The notes under the pieces: generated by a model
What the model saw: the letters and a program-made list of their open reading frames with translations, nothing else
The model's database searches: none
What the model was told of the DNA's origin: nothing
Shown: piece after piece, positions 9,837-18,749 of the stretch
Position numbering within the stretch: position 1 is the first letter of the stretch
Layout: the number at the start of each line of letters is the position of its first letter
Assembly (NCBI GenBank): GCA_017516315.1
Contig: JAFXDE010000054.1
Location: forward strand, 15,251-79,250
DNA: 64,000 nt
Direction of reading: 5' to 3'
Origin: Clostridia bacterium
GTDB taxonomy: Bacteria > Bacillota > Clostridia > Oscillospirales > Acutalibacteraceae
Made by a program: the position numbers and the translations under genes

Positions 9837-10952
9837 ATGTCAATTCAGAATGAAATTAAAGTTCTCGCCGGACATTTCAATATCGAAGGTGAGTTGATTG
9901 ATTTCAGTGTTTACACTGACGGACACATAAATTCCACTTACCGTGCAACCTTTGAAAAGGACGATGTGGTGGAAAGATATATAGTTCAGGGAATTAACAC
10001 CCGTGTGTTTAAAAATCCCGATGAGCTGATGGAAAATATCGTCAATGTAACCAAGTATCTCAAAGAAAGAATAGAAGAAAGAGGCGCAGACAGCTCGAGA
10101 CAGTGTCTGGAGTTTCTCGAGGCGGATACGGGTAAGTACTATTTTTCACATAACGGAAAATGCTGGCGTATTTACAGATACATCGACAAATCCTACACTC
10201 TGAACTATATTAAAAACCGAAGCTTTTTTGAGTCGGCAGGTAAGGCCTTCGGCAGATTTCAGAGAAATCTCAGCGGTTATCCCATGGAAACTCTCAATGA
10301 AACCATAAAGGATTTCCATAACACTCCGAAGAGAGTGGAGGCCCTCGAAAAATCTGTTTCCGCTGATGTAAAGGGCAGAGCGAATAGCGTGGAAAATGAA
10401 ATAAAATTTGTGCTCGACAGAAAAGAGGATGCAAAGGTACTCCTTAATCTTTATAAGGAAGGACTTATCCCCTTAAGAGTAACTCACAACGATACAAAGC
10501 TTAACAATGTTCTTTTCGACGAAGACACTAACAAGGCTATCTGCGTTATCGACCTTGATACCATTATGCCCGGCTTCTCGCTTTACGATTTCGGCGATGC
10601 CATCCGTTACGGCGGTAACACCACTAAAGAGGACGATGCCAATCTCGATAATGTCAATATCTCCATCGAGCTTTTCAAAAGCTATGTACGGGGCTTTCTC
10701 AGTACCTGCGCCAAAGCTCTTACCAAGGCAGAGGTTGACCATCTCGCTTTCTCGGCAAAGCTTATGACCTATGAGTGCGGAGTGCGTTTTCTTACCGATT
10801 ATCTTGACGGCGATGTATATTTCAGAACAGAATATCCCGAGCATAATCTGGTCAGAGCGAGAAATCAGTTCAAGCTGGTAGAGGAAATAGAAAACAATCT
10901 CACCAGGATGAAAAAAATAGTAGAAGAGATTTATCTCGAAGCGATTAAATAA
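9837..10952 (+). CDS. nahK: N-acetylhexosamine 1-kinase-like phosphotransferase
   Basis: IPLRVTHNDTKLNN, IDLDTIMPG and YPEHNLVR match my memory of Bifidobacterium NahK/LnpB. The gap after the GH36 stop is 15 nt. Confidence 0.7.
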   Translation: MSIQNEIKVLAGHFNIEGELIDFSVYTDGHINSTYRATFEKDDVVERYIVQGINTRVFKNPDELMENIVNVTKYLKERIEERGADSSRQCLEFLEADTGKYYFSHNGKCWRIYRYIDKSYTLNYIKNRSFFESAGKAFGRFQRNLSGYPMETLNETIKDFHNTPKRVEALEKSVSADVKGRANSVENEIKFVLDRKEDAKVLLNLYKEGLIPLRVTHNDTKLNNVLFDEDTNKAICVIDLDTIMPGFSLYDFGDAIRYGGNTTKEDDANLDNVNISIELFKSYVRGFLSTCAKALTKAEVDHLAFSAKLMTYECGVRFLTDYLDGDVYFRTEYPEHNLVRARNQFKLVEEIENNLTRMKKIVEEIYLEAIK

Positions 10953-10958
10953 TTATTT

Positions 10959-10991
10959 GCGGAGATGTTTAGCGATGTCTCCGCTTTTTTT
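10959..10991 (+). terminator. rho-independent terminator
   Basis: Stem GCGGAGA / TCTCCGC followed by TTTTTTT. Confidence 0.7.
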
Positions 10992-11117
10992 GAAAATAAT
11001 TTATAAAAAGTATATAAAATATTCCGAAAACTATTTATTTTTCTGTGAATATGTGCTATAATACAATCAAGAAAAGGAGTTTACTCTCTTTTTCAAGCAC
11101 AGAAAGGAGCTGACGAT

Positions 11118-11645
11118 ATGAAAATTACAGTTATCGGCAGAAAATGCACACCCAGAGATTCATTCAAGGAAAGAGCCGAAAAGAGACTTAAAAAGGTAGA
11201 AAAGTTTTTCGGCGCCGATGCAGAGGCAAAGATAACTGCAACTGTCGAAAAGAATGAACAGATAGTTGAGGTTACCATTTATCACGACGGTATGATTTTC
11301 CGTTCTCAGGAAAGAGCCGTGAATATGAATGATGCTCTCGACAGATGTGCCGACTCTATCGTACGTCAAATCCGCAAAAACAAAACCAGGGTTGAAAAGA
11401 AGCTCAGAAGCGGAGCCTTTGATGCCTACGAGGCAATTGACGTATTCGAGCCTGAGGATGACTATTCGGTTATCCGATCCAAGGAAATTACCCTTAAGCC
11501 GCAAAGTGTAGAGGAAGCGATTTTACAGATGAATCTTCTCGATCATCAGTTTTATGTGTTCCTCGACAGCAATACAGAAAAAATCTGTGTCGTTTATGCC
11601 AGAAAAGACGGAGGCTACGGCTTAATTATTCCCGATGTTGATTGA
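11118..11645 (+). CDS. hpf: ribosome hibernation promoting factor, long form
   Basis: S30AE-type N-terminal domain plus the C-terminal dimerisation segment VIRSKEITLKPQSVEEAILQMNLLDHQFYVF. RBS AAAGGAG lies upstream. Confidence 0.9.
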   Translation: MKITVIGRKCTPRDSFKERAEKRLKKVEKFFGADAEAKITATVEKNEQIVEVTIYHDGMIFRSQERAVNMNDALDRCADSIVRQIRKNKTRVEKKLRSGAFDAYEAIDVFEPEDDYSVIRSKEITLKPQSVEEAILQMNLLDHQFYVFLDSNTEKICVVYARKDGGYGLIIPDVD

Positions 11646-11672
11646 TTTATCTGAAAAGATGTGATATAATCA

Positions 11673-11708
11673 CCCTGCTGACTTATGTCGGCAGGGTATT
11701 TTTTATTT
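11673..11708 (+). terminator. rho-independent terminator of hpf
   Basis: Stem CCCTGCTGAC / GTCGGCAGGG (one G-T pair), loop TTAT, then a T-rich tail. Confidence 0.7.
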
Positions 11709-11746
11709 TAAATAATTCTATTTTTCACTATGAAAGCAGGTTACTT

Positions 11747-12862
11747 ATGAAAATAAATTTTGTTATTCCCTGTCTTCTCGGTCTCGAAAAGCTTATCGCT
11801 GACGAGATGAAGGCTTTAGGTGCTGAAAATGTAGTCTCCGAAAACGGCAGAGTCCTTTTCTCGGGTGACGAATATCTTTTAGCCAGAGCAAATATATGCT
11901 CGCGCTACGCTGAAAGAATTCAGATTTTAGTCGGCACCTTTCAGGCGAAGAGCTTCGAGGAGCTTTTTCAGGGTACGAAGGCACTGCCTTGGGAGCAGTG
12001 GATAGGAGCTTATGATACCTTCCCCGTAAAGGGATATTCTCTTAATTCCACTCTCTTCAGCGTGAGCGACTGTCAGTCTATTATAAAAAAGGCTGTGGTT
12101 GAAAGACTGAAAAGCAAGTATAATATTTCCTGGTTTGAGGAAACGGGTCCTCTTTATCAGATTCAGTTTTCCATTATGAAAGACTGTGTAAGCCTTCTTA
12201 TCGACACCTCGGGCTACGGACTTCATAAAAGAGGCTACCGTCTCGAGTCAAACGGCGCTCCCATAAAGGAAACTTTAGCAGCTTCTCTTTGCTGTCTGTC
12301 GAGGCTCAGACCCTACCATACTCTTTATGACCCAATGTGCGGCTCGGGTACCATACTTATTGAGGGCGCACTTCTTGCAAATAATATGGCTCCCGGTGTA
12401 AACCGTCATTTTACTGCCGAGAGATGGACTAATCTTCCCGAGAATATTTGGACCGAGGAAAGAGAAAGAGCGAGAAGCCTTGCTCTTAACGAAAGTCAGT
12501 TTGTAGCTTACGGCTCGGATATCGACGAAAAATCTCTTGAGCTTGCTATGGCGAATGCTAAAAGAGCAGGTGTAGATAAATATATTAAGCTCGAAAAGCG
12601 TGATGTAAAGGATTTCGTACCAAAAACCGACAGAGGCACACTTATCTGCAATCCTCCTTACGGTGAAAGACTTCTCGACTTTAAGCAGGCGGAGGATTTA
12701 TATAAGTCTATGGGCAAATGCTTCAGACAGCAGAAGGGTTGGTCCTACAGCATTATCAGTCCCTCGGAGGATTTCGAAATCTTTTTCGGCAGAAAGGCTG
12801 ATAAGCGAAGAAAGCTTTATAACGGTATGATTAAGTGTCAGCTGTATATGTATTTTAAGTAA
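11747..12862 (+). CDS. THUMP-domain class I SAM-dependent RNA methyltransferase (RlmL/YpsC-like)
   Basis: DPMCGSGT (motif I) and NPPYGERL (motif IV). The ORF-track start at 11642 runs through the hpf terminator, so I use ATG 11747. Confidence 0.8.
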   Translation: MKINFVIPCLLGLEKLIADEMKALGAENVVSENGRVLFSGDEYLLARANICSRYAERIQILVGTFQAKSFEELFQGTKALPWEQWIGAYDTFPVKGYSLNSTLFSVSDCQSIIKKAVVERLKSKYNISWFEETGPLYQIQFSIMKDCVSLLIDTSGYGLHKRGYRLESNGAPIKETLAASLCCLSRLRPYHTLYDPMCGSGTILIEGALLANNMAPGVNRHFTAERWTNLPENIWTEERERARSLALNESQFVAYGSDIDEKSLELAMANAKRAGVDKYIKLEKRDVKDFVPKTDRGTLICNPPYGERLLDFKQAEDLYKSMGKCFRQQKGWSYSIISPSEDFEIFFGRKADKRRKLYNGMIKCQLYMYFK

Positions 12863-13787
12863 GAAAAAAATAAACCATTGTAAAGTCATAATGGCGATAC
12901 AATGGTTTTTTGTTATTTGCTTTTTTCGGTGTAATTTCATTCAGCATCGTAAATCCTAAAATCAGTCCGCCGCCGATAATCTGCGGAAGAGTCATAGTCT
13001 CATTCAGCACCGTCACGGAAATAAGAACAGCCACCAGAGGGTCTATGTAGCTTAAAATAGCCGCCTTCTGTCCCGGTAATTCCTTAAGGGAGGAGAAATA
13101 GAGACAGTAGGTTATGCCCGTATGGAAAAGACCGATTATAAGAAGGTTTATCCAGCCCTTAATTTCCATATTCTGAAGAGTAAAGCCTCCCGTGAAAAGA
13201 ACATAGGGGAGAAGAACGATAATCGCCGCGATGAACTGCAGAAAGGTTCTGTGTATACCTTCTACATTTTTAATGAACTTGTTAAGCAGAATAACCGTAG
13301 CGTAGAAGCAGGCTGCACCGAGACCGAAAAGGATACCGACGATATCCTTGCCGCCCGTAAGACCTCCTATACCCGTAATAAGCACGAGTCCTACAGTCGA
13401 CATAGCGAAGCATAAAAACTGCTTTCCCGTAAGCTTTTCCTTGAAAAGAAAGGGGCAGACTGCCGTAACGATAACAGGTGCGAAATAATAGCTCAAGGTA
13501 GCTACGGAAACGGTGGTATATTTATATGCTTCAAAAAGTAAAATCCAGTTTATACCCATAGCCACACCGGAGGCTAAAAGAAGGGGAAGCTCTTTTTTTA
13601 TTTTTGTTAGGGGTATTTTCTGCTTTGTTATAAGCAGAAAGCCTCCGATTAAAAGAGCCGCCATAACTGCACGGTAAAGTGCCAGCTCACCCGAGGAGAC
13701 GGGAATATTTCTTACGAAAATACCGATCGTACCGAAAATGGTCATAGATGCTATGAGCATAAGACGGGGATTCATTAATTTTTTCAT
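12855..13787 (-). CDS. EamA/DMT family transporter
   Basis: About 10 predicted TM helices in two EamA-like halves. Its 3' end overlaps the convergent methyltransferase gene by 8 nt. Confidence 0.8.
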   Translation of the reverse strand: MKKLMNPRLMLIASMTIFGTIGIFVRNIPVSSGELALYRAVMAALLIGGFLLITKQKIPLTKIKKELPLLLASGVAMGINWILLFEAYKYTTVSVATLSYYFAPVIVTAVCPFLFKEKLTGKQFLCFAMSTVGLVLITGIGGLTGGKDIVGILFGLGAACFYATVILLNKFIKNVEGIHRTFLQFIAAIIVLLPYVLFTGGFTLQNMEIKGWINLLIIGLFHTGITYCLYFSSLKELPGQKAAILSYIDPLVAVLISVTVLNETMTLPQIIGGGLILGFTMLNEITPKKANNKKPLYRHYDFTMVYFFLT

Positions 13788-13925
13788 ATAACGTCCTCAC
13801 AGTCAGTGAATAATAGATTTATTATAGCACTGTTTTACTTTTCGGTCAATCTTTGGTTTAACAGATATGACGGAAAAATTTATGGCATTCCTCGGAAGAG
13901 GGGGCTGCTGAATCGACGGAGAGGA

Positions 13926-14305
13926 TTACAGTATATTATCAAATGAAATCTTTTGCCTTCTCGAAATGGTATCGAGTCCTGAACGGCATTCTTCGATAAC
14001 TACTATTGCCTCTTCCTTCATATCCTGCTGAATGTATTTCTCTATACTGCCCAATGAAAGGTCGAGCTCGTCAATGAGTGCCGTCTCCGAAACGGAGCTG
14101 AAAAATTTTTCGGATTTTTCCCATTCTTCTTCGAGCTTTCTGATACATCTGAGTGCCTTTTCACTGTCACCGAGGTTCAGGGAGTATTCCGTTTCATTCA
14201 GAAGGCTCAGAAGCGCTTCTGATTTCTTTCTGTAGCTATACTGCTGAAAACACAGATGCTTATGCAGATAAAGAGCAGAGCAAGAGCTGAAATTATTCTT
14301 TTCAT
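13926..14305 (-). pseudogene. DUF4363-like gene interrupted by a frameshift
   Basis: ATG 14305 overlaps the DUF421 stop (ATGA). It encodes the signal-anchor MKRIISALALLFICISICVFSS and then hits TGA at 14207-14209. The -1 frame continues as ...SEALLSLLNETEYSLNLGD...RRQKISFDNIL to TAA at 13926-13928. Total span is 380 nt, not a multiple of 3. Confidence 0.6.
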
Positions 14306-14979
14306 TTGCTTTTATCCTTTCTGACGATGTAGTATTTACCGCCTTTTTCAGCAGTCATAAGCATAATATCACTCAGCTTAAGCTGTTCCTTTTTCATTAT
14401 GTCGGAAAGCCTTTTGTCCGTCATGGCGCAGATATCGAGCTGACTTTTTACTATCCTTCCGTCGCTTATTACGAGGCAAGGCAGCTCGCAGGGCTGAGCC
14501 TTTATATCCGTGTCGTCGATAGTTACGGGGCGGTATTTGTTTTTTAAGAGAACACTTATGGAGCCGTTGGTCTCGATGTAGGCAAATTGCACCTGGCTTA
14601 TGTCGAAAATATCCTTCAGACGCAGAGCCTCGAGCAGATCTTCTACACTGTATCGGATGTTTTTCAGCTCACTCTGTACTAATTTTCCGTTTTTTATAAT
14701 GAGTATGGGGTTACCCTGGATAAGATTACGGAAGGTTTTTGTTTTCATACTGATAACCGAGCATAAAATTTCCAAGCCTATCAGCAGAAAGACTATTGAC
14801 AGTATGCTTAGAAGCGGTACCTCAAGACTTTCAAAGGGCATGGAAGCCACCTGCGAAAGAAGAATGGTAACCACCAGCTCGGCAGGCTGTAGCTCACCTA
14901 TCTGCCTTTTTCCCATAAGTCTTACGGCAAAAATAACCGTTACATATATTATGATACCTCTGATGAGCATATTTACCAT
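14302..14979 (-). CDS. DUF421 (YetF-like) membrane protein
   Basis: GKRQIGELQPAELVVTILL segment plus a C-terminal soluble domain. ATG 14979 is preceded by AGAGGTGA, so I prefer it over 15045. Confidence 0.8.
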   Translation of the reverse strand: MVNMLIRGIIIYVTVIFAVRLMGKRQIGELQPAELVVTILLSQVASMPFESLEVPLLSILSIVFLLIGLEILCSVISMKTKTFRNLIQGNPILIIKNGKLVQSELKNIRYSVEDLLEALRLKDIFDISQVQFAYIETNGSISVLLKNKYRPVTIDDTDIKAQPCELPCLVISDGRIVKSQLDICAMTDKRLSDIMKKEQLKLSDIMLMTAEKGGKYYIVRKDKSK

Positions 14980-15095
14980 TTTTATCACCTCTGAGAAAGT
15001 ATGGGGCATTTCCGGTGAAGATAAACGGTAAAAAGCTATTGACAAATTTTTAACTTAGTGTTAACATAAGCTGAACTTTAACGGGAGGTTATACT

Positions 15096-16415
15096 ATGAA
15101 CAATTTTAAAAGAATTACAGCGATTCTTATTTCGCTGGTGATTATTTCCGGCTCCTTTGTCTGCTTTGCGGCTACAGACGGAAAACAGTATTATGACTAT
15201 GACAAGGTTCTTCTTCTCGGCGATAGCGAAGCCAGCGGATTTACCGATTACGGTGATGAAATGAGCGAGTTCAACCGTGTAGACGATTCCTACGCGGCTT
15301 ATGTAGCCGATGAGCTTGGTGCTGAGCTTATCCCTATGGCTTGTCCCGGCTTCAGAACTATCGAGCTTCGATATATGCTCGACGACAGCTACAGACCCGA
15401 CGATAAGTATCTTTTCGATAAGGTTCCTCGTACTCCGAAGGATGAAATTTTAGCAAAGGTACCTCAGCTCCGTCAGGCTATCGCTGAATCTGATCTTATA
15501 ATGATAGGAATAGGCGGAAACGATTGGGGTGCATACCTCGGCTGGGTTATGGCTGATGTTCAGCTGGAAAACAATGTTTCCGAGGAGTACAGACAGGCTT
15601 TAAGAGAGTTTCTTGAAAGCGCTACAGTAGAGGACAGTATTATTTCAAAGATTATAGAGCTTGCTGATTATCTTAATGCTATGGATGAGCTTGCGGCGGC
15701 ACTTCCCGAAGCAATGAATTATGCTTTCGGTAATCTCAGAGAAAACTGGAATTACATTATAGAGTATATTTACGAGAAAAATCCCGATGTAACGATAGCG
15801 GTTATCGGTATGTTCCCCACATATTATCAGACTCCCGAGGGTGAGCCTGATAATATAGCACAGCCCAATGCACTTAAAATGCTTGTTGAAGATTCTATTA
15901 TCGATTATGGTAATAAGCACATGGTTGAAAATCAGGAAAAATACGGCTACATCTATGTTGATACCTTCGGTACGGTCGTAGAGCTTTCACATCCTACGGT
16001 GGCAGGTCACAGATTTATCGCTGACAGAATTTTTGAAGCTCTTCCCGATGCCAGATTTCCTTATAAGGATATATCTTACGGTGCCGCAGAATACAAGGCT
16101 GTAGAATATATGTATCTTAACGGTCTTATGACAGGCAAGGATGACGAAAGCTTCGGCGGTGAAGAGAAAATGACCAAGGCAGAGCTTTCAGCAGTGCTTA
16201 ATAAAATCGCAGACTACGAAGAGACTGACAGCACATCAGAGGTTAACGGATTTAGTCTTAATACGGCTCTGTATAAGGCTTCGGACAGCAAGGGTATTTT
16301 TGAATTTTTCTCTTATGTTTATGAATCACTTGAGCTTATTCTGACAGGTAAAGGCTTTAAGGCTGTAACCAGAGCAGAGGCTGCATTTGAAATTTATAAT
16401 GCTTTAATAAAATAA
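15096..16415 (+). CDS. secreted SGNH/GDSL hydrolase with C-terminal SLH-like segment
   Basis: Signal peptide, LLLGDSEASG (GDS block), GIGGNDWG block, a late His (AGHRF), and a C-terminal YKAVEYMYLNGLMTGKDD...MTKAEL resembling an S-layer homology repeat. Confidence 0.65.
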   Translation: MNNFKRITAILISLVIISGSFVCFAATDGKQYYDYDKVLLLGDSEASGFTDYGDEMSEFNRVDDSYAAYVADELGAELIPMACPGFRTIELRYMLDDSYRPDDKYLFDKVPRTPKDEILAKVPQLRQAIAESDLIMIGIGGNDWGAYLGWVMADVQLENNVSEEYRQALREFLESATVEDSIISKIIELADYLNAMDELAAALPEAMNYAFGNLRENWNYIIEYIYEKNPDVTIAVIGMFPTYYQTPEGEPDNIAQPNALKMLVEDSIIDYGNKHMVENQEKYGYIYVDTFGTVVELSHPTVAGHRFIADRIFEALPDARFPYKDISYGAAEYKAVEYMYLNGLMTGKDDESFGGEEKMTKAELSAVLNKIADYEETDSTSEVNGFSLNTALYKASDSKGIFEFFSYVYESLELILTGKGFKAVTRAEAAFEIYNALIK

Positions 16416-16422
16416 ACAACCA

Positions 16423-16461
16423 CAGGAAATGACTCGTCTGAATCATTTCCTGCAGCTTTTT
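16423..16461. terminator. bidirectional terminator
   Basis: 10-bp stem CAGGAAATGA / TCATTTCCTG followed by a T-run. It lies between convergent genes. Confidence 0.7.
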
Positions 16462-16768
16462 ATGGCTGACAGTAGGCGCAGGGCTCATATTGCGCATTTA
16501 AGGCATCCTCAAGGGATACAGCTATTTCCTTTCCGCTGAGGTGTTCGCAACCATAGAGGTGATATTTTTTACCTGACGGTGTTATGTATACAGTACGCTG
16601 CTGTGTATCCGTCTTCTCTGTATTAATATCGTGAATAACTACAGGCTCTGCCTCGCGAAGGGTTTCGAGCTTCTGCTCTGTTTTCAGATATACGGCGAGA
16701 AAAGCTCCGAGAAAGGCTACAGCGATTATTATATAAAGAAGCTTTTCTGACTTGATCAGCTTTTTCAT
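16460..16768 (-). CDS. membrane-anchored small protein with C-terminal His/Cys motif
   Basis: N-terminal TM helix. The C-terminus reads KKYHLYGCEHL...EPCAYCQP, a possible metal-binding motif. Function unknown. Confidence 0.5.
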   Translation of the reverse strand: MKKLIKSEKLLYIIIAVAFLGAFLAVYLKTEQKLETLREAEPVVIHDINTEKTDTQQRTVYITPSGKKYHLYGCEHLSGKEIAVSLEDALNAQYEPCAYCQP

Positions 16769-16917
16769 TTATTTTCTCCGTCTGAGTTTTTTTTCTGTAT
16801 CGTAATTATAAAGCTTAATTGTATATTATTTGTTATAAAAGTGAAAATAAACAGCAATATTTTATTTTATAGGTGTTTTTTTAACAAATTTATGCTATTA
16901 TATGATAGGTGATAAAA

Positions 16918-17064
16918 ATGAAAGCAGATAAAAAAAGAATAATCGGCTTTGCGGTGGCATTGGTCGGTGCGGCTATGATGGCCTTTGGTGTAGCAGATAA
17001 TGAACACAGAGAGGTCTTTGAAAAGGCTGTAAGAATATGTCTGGAGTGTATAGGAATTGGATAA
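16918..17064 (+). CDS. CD1871A-type CXXC miniprotein (48 aa), absent from the ORF track
   Basis: My own translation gives MKADKKRIIGFAVALVGAAMMAFGVADNEHREVFEKAVRICLECIGIG. That is one TM helix and a terminal CLECIGIG, as in the CD1871A family that accompanies polyferredoxins. It overlaps the next gene's start by 8 nt. Confidence 0.6.
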   Translation: MKADKKRIIGFAVALVGAAMMAFGVADNEHREVFEKAVRICLECIGIG

Positions 17065-17938
17065 GAAAAGAAACGGAAAAAGATTTAATTTTCGCCTTGT
17101 TTTTCAGGGACTGTGGGCTTTGATAACTAATAGCTATCTTACGGGTTTTCTGCAGGGAAAAATTTATCAGGGTAAACTTAAAAATATCTGCCTTCCGGGA
17201 CTTAACTGCTATTCATGTCCCGGTGCTCTCGGCTCTTGCCCTGTAGGCGCTCTGCAGTCCTCCTTATCTTCCCGCGGAAGCAAGATAAGCCTTTATGTCT
17301 CAGGCTTTCTGATTTTTGTCGGCGCGGTTATGGGAAGATATGTGTGCGGATGGCTTTGCCCCTTCGGTCTTATTCAGGACCTGCTTAATAAAATACCCTT
17401 TCCGAAAAAGCTTCGTACCTTTAAGGGTGACAGGCTTTTAAGAAAGCTGAAATATGTGATTCTTCTGCTTTTCGTTATTCTGCTTCCTATGGTGGCAGTA
17501 GATATGACGGGACTGGGCGACCCCTGGTTCTGCAAATATATCTGTCCTGCAGGAACACTTGAGGGCGGTGTACCGCTAGTGCTTCTTAACAGCGCTTTAA
17601 GAGAAACAGTCGGCTTTCTCTATACCTGGAAAATTCTTCTTTTAGCCCTTACGGTTATTTTGTCGGTAATTATTTATCGCCCCTTCTGTAAATATATCTG
17701 TCCTCTCGGCGCGATTTACTCGTTCTTTAATAAGATTTCAGTGTTTAAGATTACTCTTGACAAAGAAAAATGCGTAGGCTGCGGCAAGTGTGAAAGAACC
17801 TGCAAAATGAATGTCAATCCCTGTAAAAATCCCGACAGCGCCGAATGTATCCGATGCAGAGAGTGCATTTATGCCTGTCCCACGGGTGCGCTTAAGGATA
17901 ATTTTTCCTCGCTTTCGGTCAGAAAAGACGGTAAATAA
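17057..17938 (+). CDS. membrane 4Fe-4S binding protein (NapH/MauN-like polyferredoxin)
   Basis: CPFGLIQD and CKYICPAG/CKYICPLG membrane cysteine motifs plus two CxxCxxCxxxC ferredoxin motifs at the C-terminus. TTG start. Confidence 0.8.
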   Translation: MDKKRNGKRFNFRLVFQGLWALITNSYLTGFLQGKIYQGKLKNICLPGLNCYSCPGALGSCPVGALQSSLSSRGSKISLYVSGFLIFVGAVMGRYVCGWLCPFGLIQDLLNKIPFPKKLRTFKGDRLLRKLKYVILLLFVILLPMVAVDMTGLGDPWFCKYICPAGTLEGGVPLVLLNSALRETVGFLYTWKILLLALTVILSVIIYRPFCKYICPLGAIYSFFNKISVFKITLDKEKCVGCGKCERTCKMNVNPCKNPDSAECIRCRECIYACPTGALKDNFSSLSVRKDGK

Positions 17939-18059
17939 GTCGTATTTCATAGCTATTTGTCGAAAAAAACTTTATAAAAATTCTAAAATACCATTGTTTT
18001 ATTGTTAAAAATGTTATATAATAGCTCTTATAATATCAAATTGATTGGAGGGTTCAGAA

Positions 18060-18305
18060 ATGAGCGACAAAACAATACAATTCAAACTTACGGTGGGTAC
18101 TCCCGAGGAAATGAAGGAAGTTATGAACACGGTTTATTCTGCTCTCAAGGAAAAAGGCTATAACCCCATCAACCAGCTTGTCGGCTATATTCTTTCCGAG
18201 GACCCGACTTATATCACTACACACAATAACGCCCGCAGTCTTATCAGAAGAATAGACAGGGACGAACTTTTACAGGAGCTTTTGAAAAATTATCTCAAAG
18301 GCTGA
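18060..18305 (+). CDS. ireB: IreB family regulatory phosphoprotein (UPF0297)
   Basis: [38 protein letters not shown] is the family signature. ATG 18060 follows GGAGG. Confidence 0.8.
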   Translation: MSDKTIQFKLTVGTPEEMKEVMNTVYSALKEKGYNPINQLVGYILSEDPTYITTHNNARSLIRRIDRDELLQELLKNYLKG

Positions 18306-18321
18306 TTTCAGGAGGTAAAAA

Positions 18322-18615
18322 ATGGCAGCTAAAAAGAAAAACGAATTTCTCACATATAAAGACAAACCCCTCGTAAGAAAGGGAAATACTCTTTACTACG
18401 GAAATATGAGTGACAAGTTTGTAGTTATGTTTCAGATTTTAAGCACAAAGGATGTTGACGGTCTGGCAGTGGCCGATAAGGTTTCCGTTCAGCTTATCAA
18501 TACTGACCCCGACGTAAGACCTCACGACAGAATCGCACAAAAGACAGAAAAGAAAGGTCTTTACGCCGCTATGGATATCGGCAGAATCTGGCTTGAAAGA
18601 GCTCTCGCCGAATAA
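18322..18615 (+). CDS. hypothetical protein (97 aa)
   Basis: RBS CAGGAGG, starts 16 nt after the ireB stop, and is followed by a terminator. No motif recognised. Confidence 0.55.
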   Translation: MAAKKKNEFLTYKDKPLVRKGNTLYYGNMSDKFVVMFQILSTKDVDGLAVADKVSVQLINTDPDVRPHDRIAQKTEKKGLYAAMDIGRIWLERALAE

Positions 18616-18626
18616 GAAAAAAGGAA

Positions 18627-18660
18627 GAGCTGTTGTCAAAAAAGGACAGCAGCTTTTTTA
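18627..18660 (+). terminator. rho-independent terminator
   Basis: Stem GCTGTTGTC / GACAGCAGC (one G-T pair), A-rich loop, TTTTTT. Confidence 0.7.
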
Positions 18661-18664
18661 ATAA

Positions 18665-18741
18665 CCGCACGTGGCGCAGCCGGATAACGCAGCAGATTCC
18701 GATTCTGAAGAACGGGGGTTCGAATCCCTTCGTGCGGGCCA
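18665..18741 (+). tRNA. tRNA-Arg (anticodon CCG), CCA encoded
   Basis: Manual cloverleaf of 77 nt: acceptor CCGCACG/CGTGCGG; D arm GCGC-AGCCGGATA-ACGC; anticodon arm GCAGA-TTCCGAT-TCTGA; T arm GGGGG-TTCGAAT-CCCTT; discriminator G plus CCA. Confidence 0.9.
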
Positions 18742-18749
18742 AAAAATCC
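18723..18749 (+). repeat. direct repeat copy 1 (tRNA 3' end, att-like core)
   Basis: AATCCCTTCGTGCGGGCCAAAAAATCC, identical to 21422-21448. Confidence 0.95.

Noticed and set aside
11660-11672. 13-nt identity TGTGATATAATCA at 11660-11672 and 21689-21701, each followed by a hairpin
   Set aside because: Exact 13-mers are expected to recur by chance many times in 64 kb. The first copy sits between the hpf stop and its terminator, where a promoter makes little sense.
14207-14235. Programmed -1 ribosomal frameshift in the DUF4363-like gene
   Set aside because: There is no X XXY YYZ slippery heptamer and no obvious downstream stimulatory structure. A mutation or an assembly error in the A-rich run is more parsimonious.
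14032-14235. 67-aa plus-strand ORF
   Set aside because: It is antisense to the DUF4363-like reading frames, and its translation is serine-rich and low-complexity.
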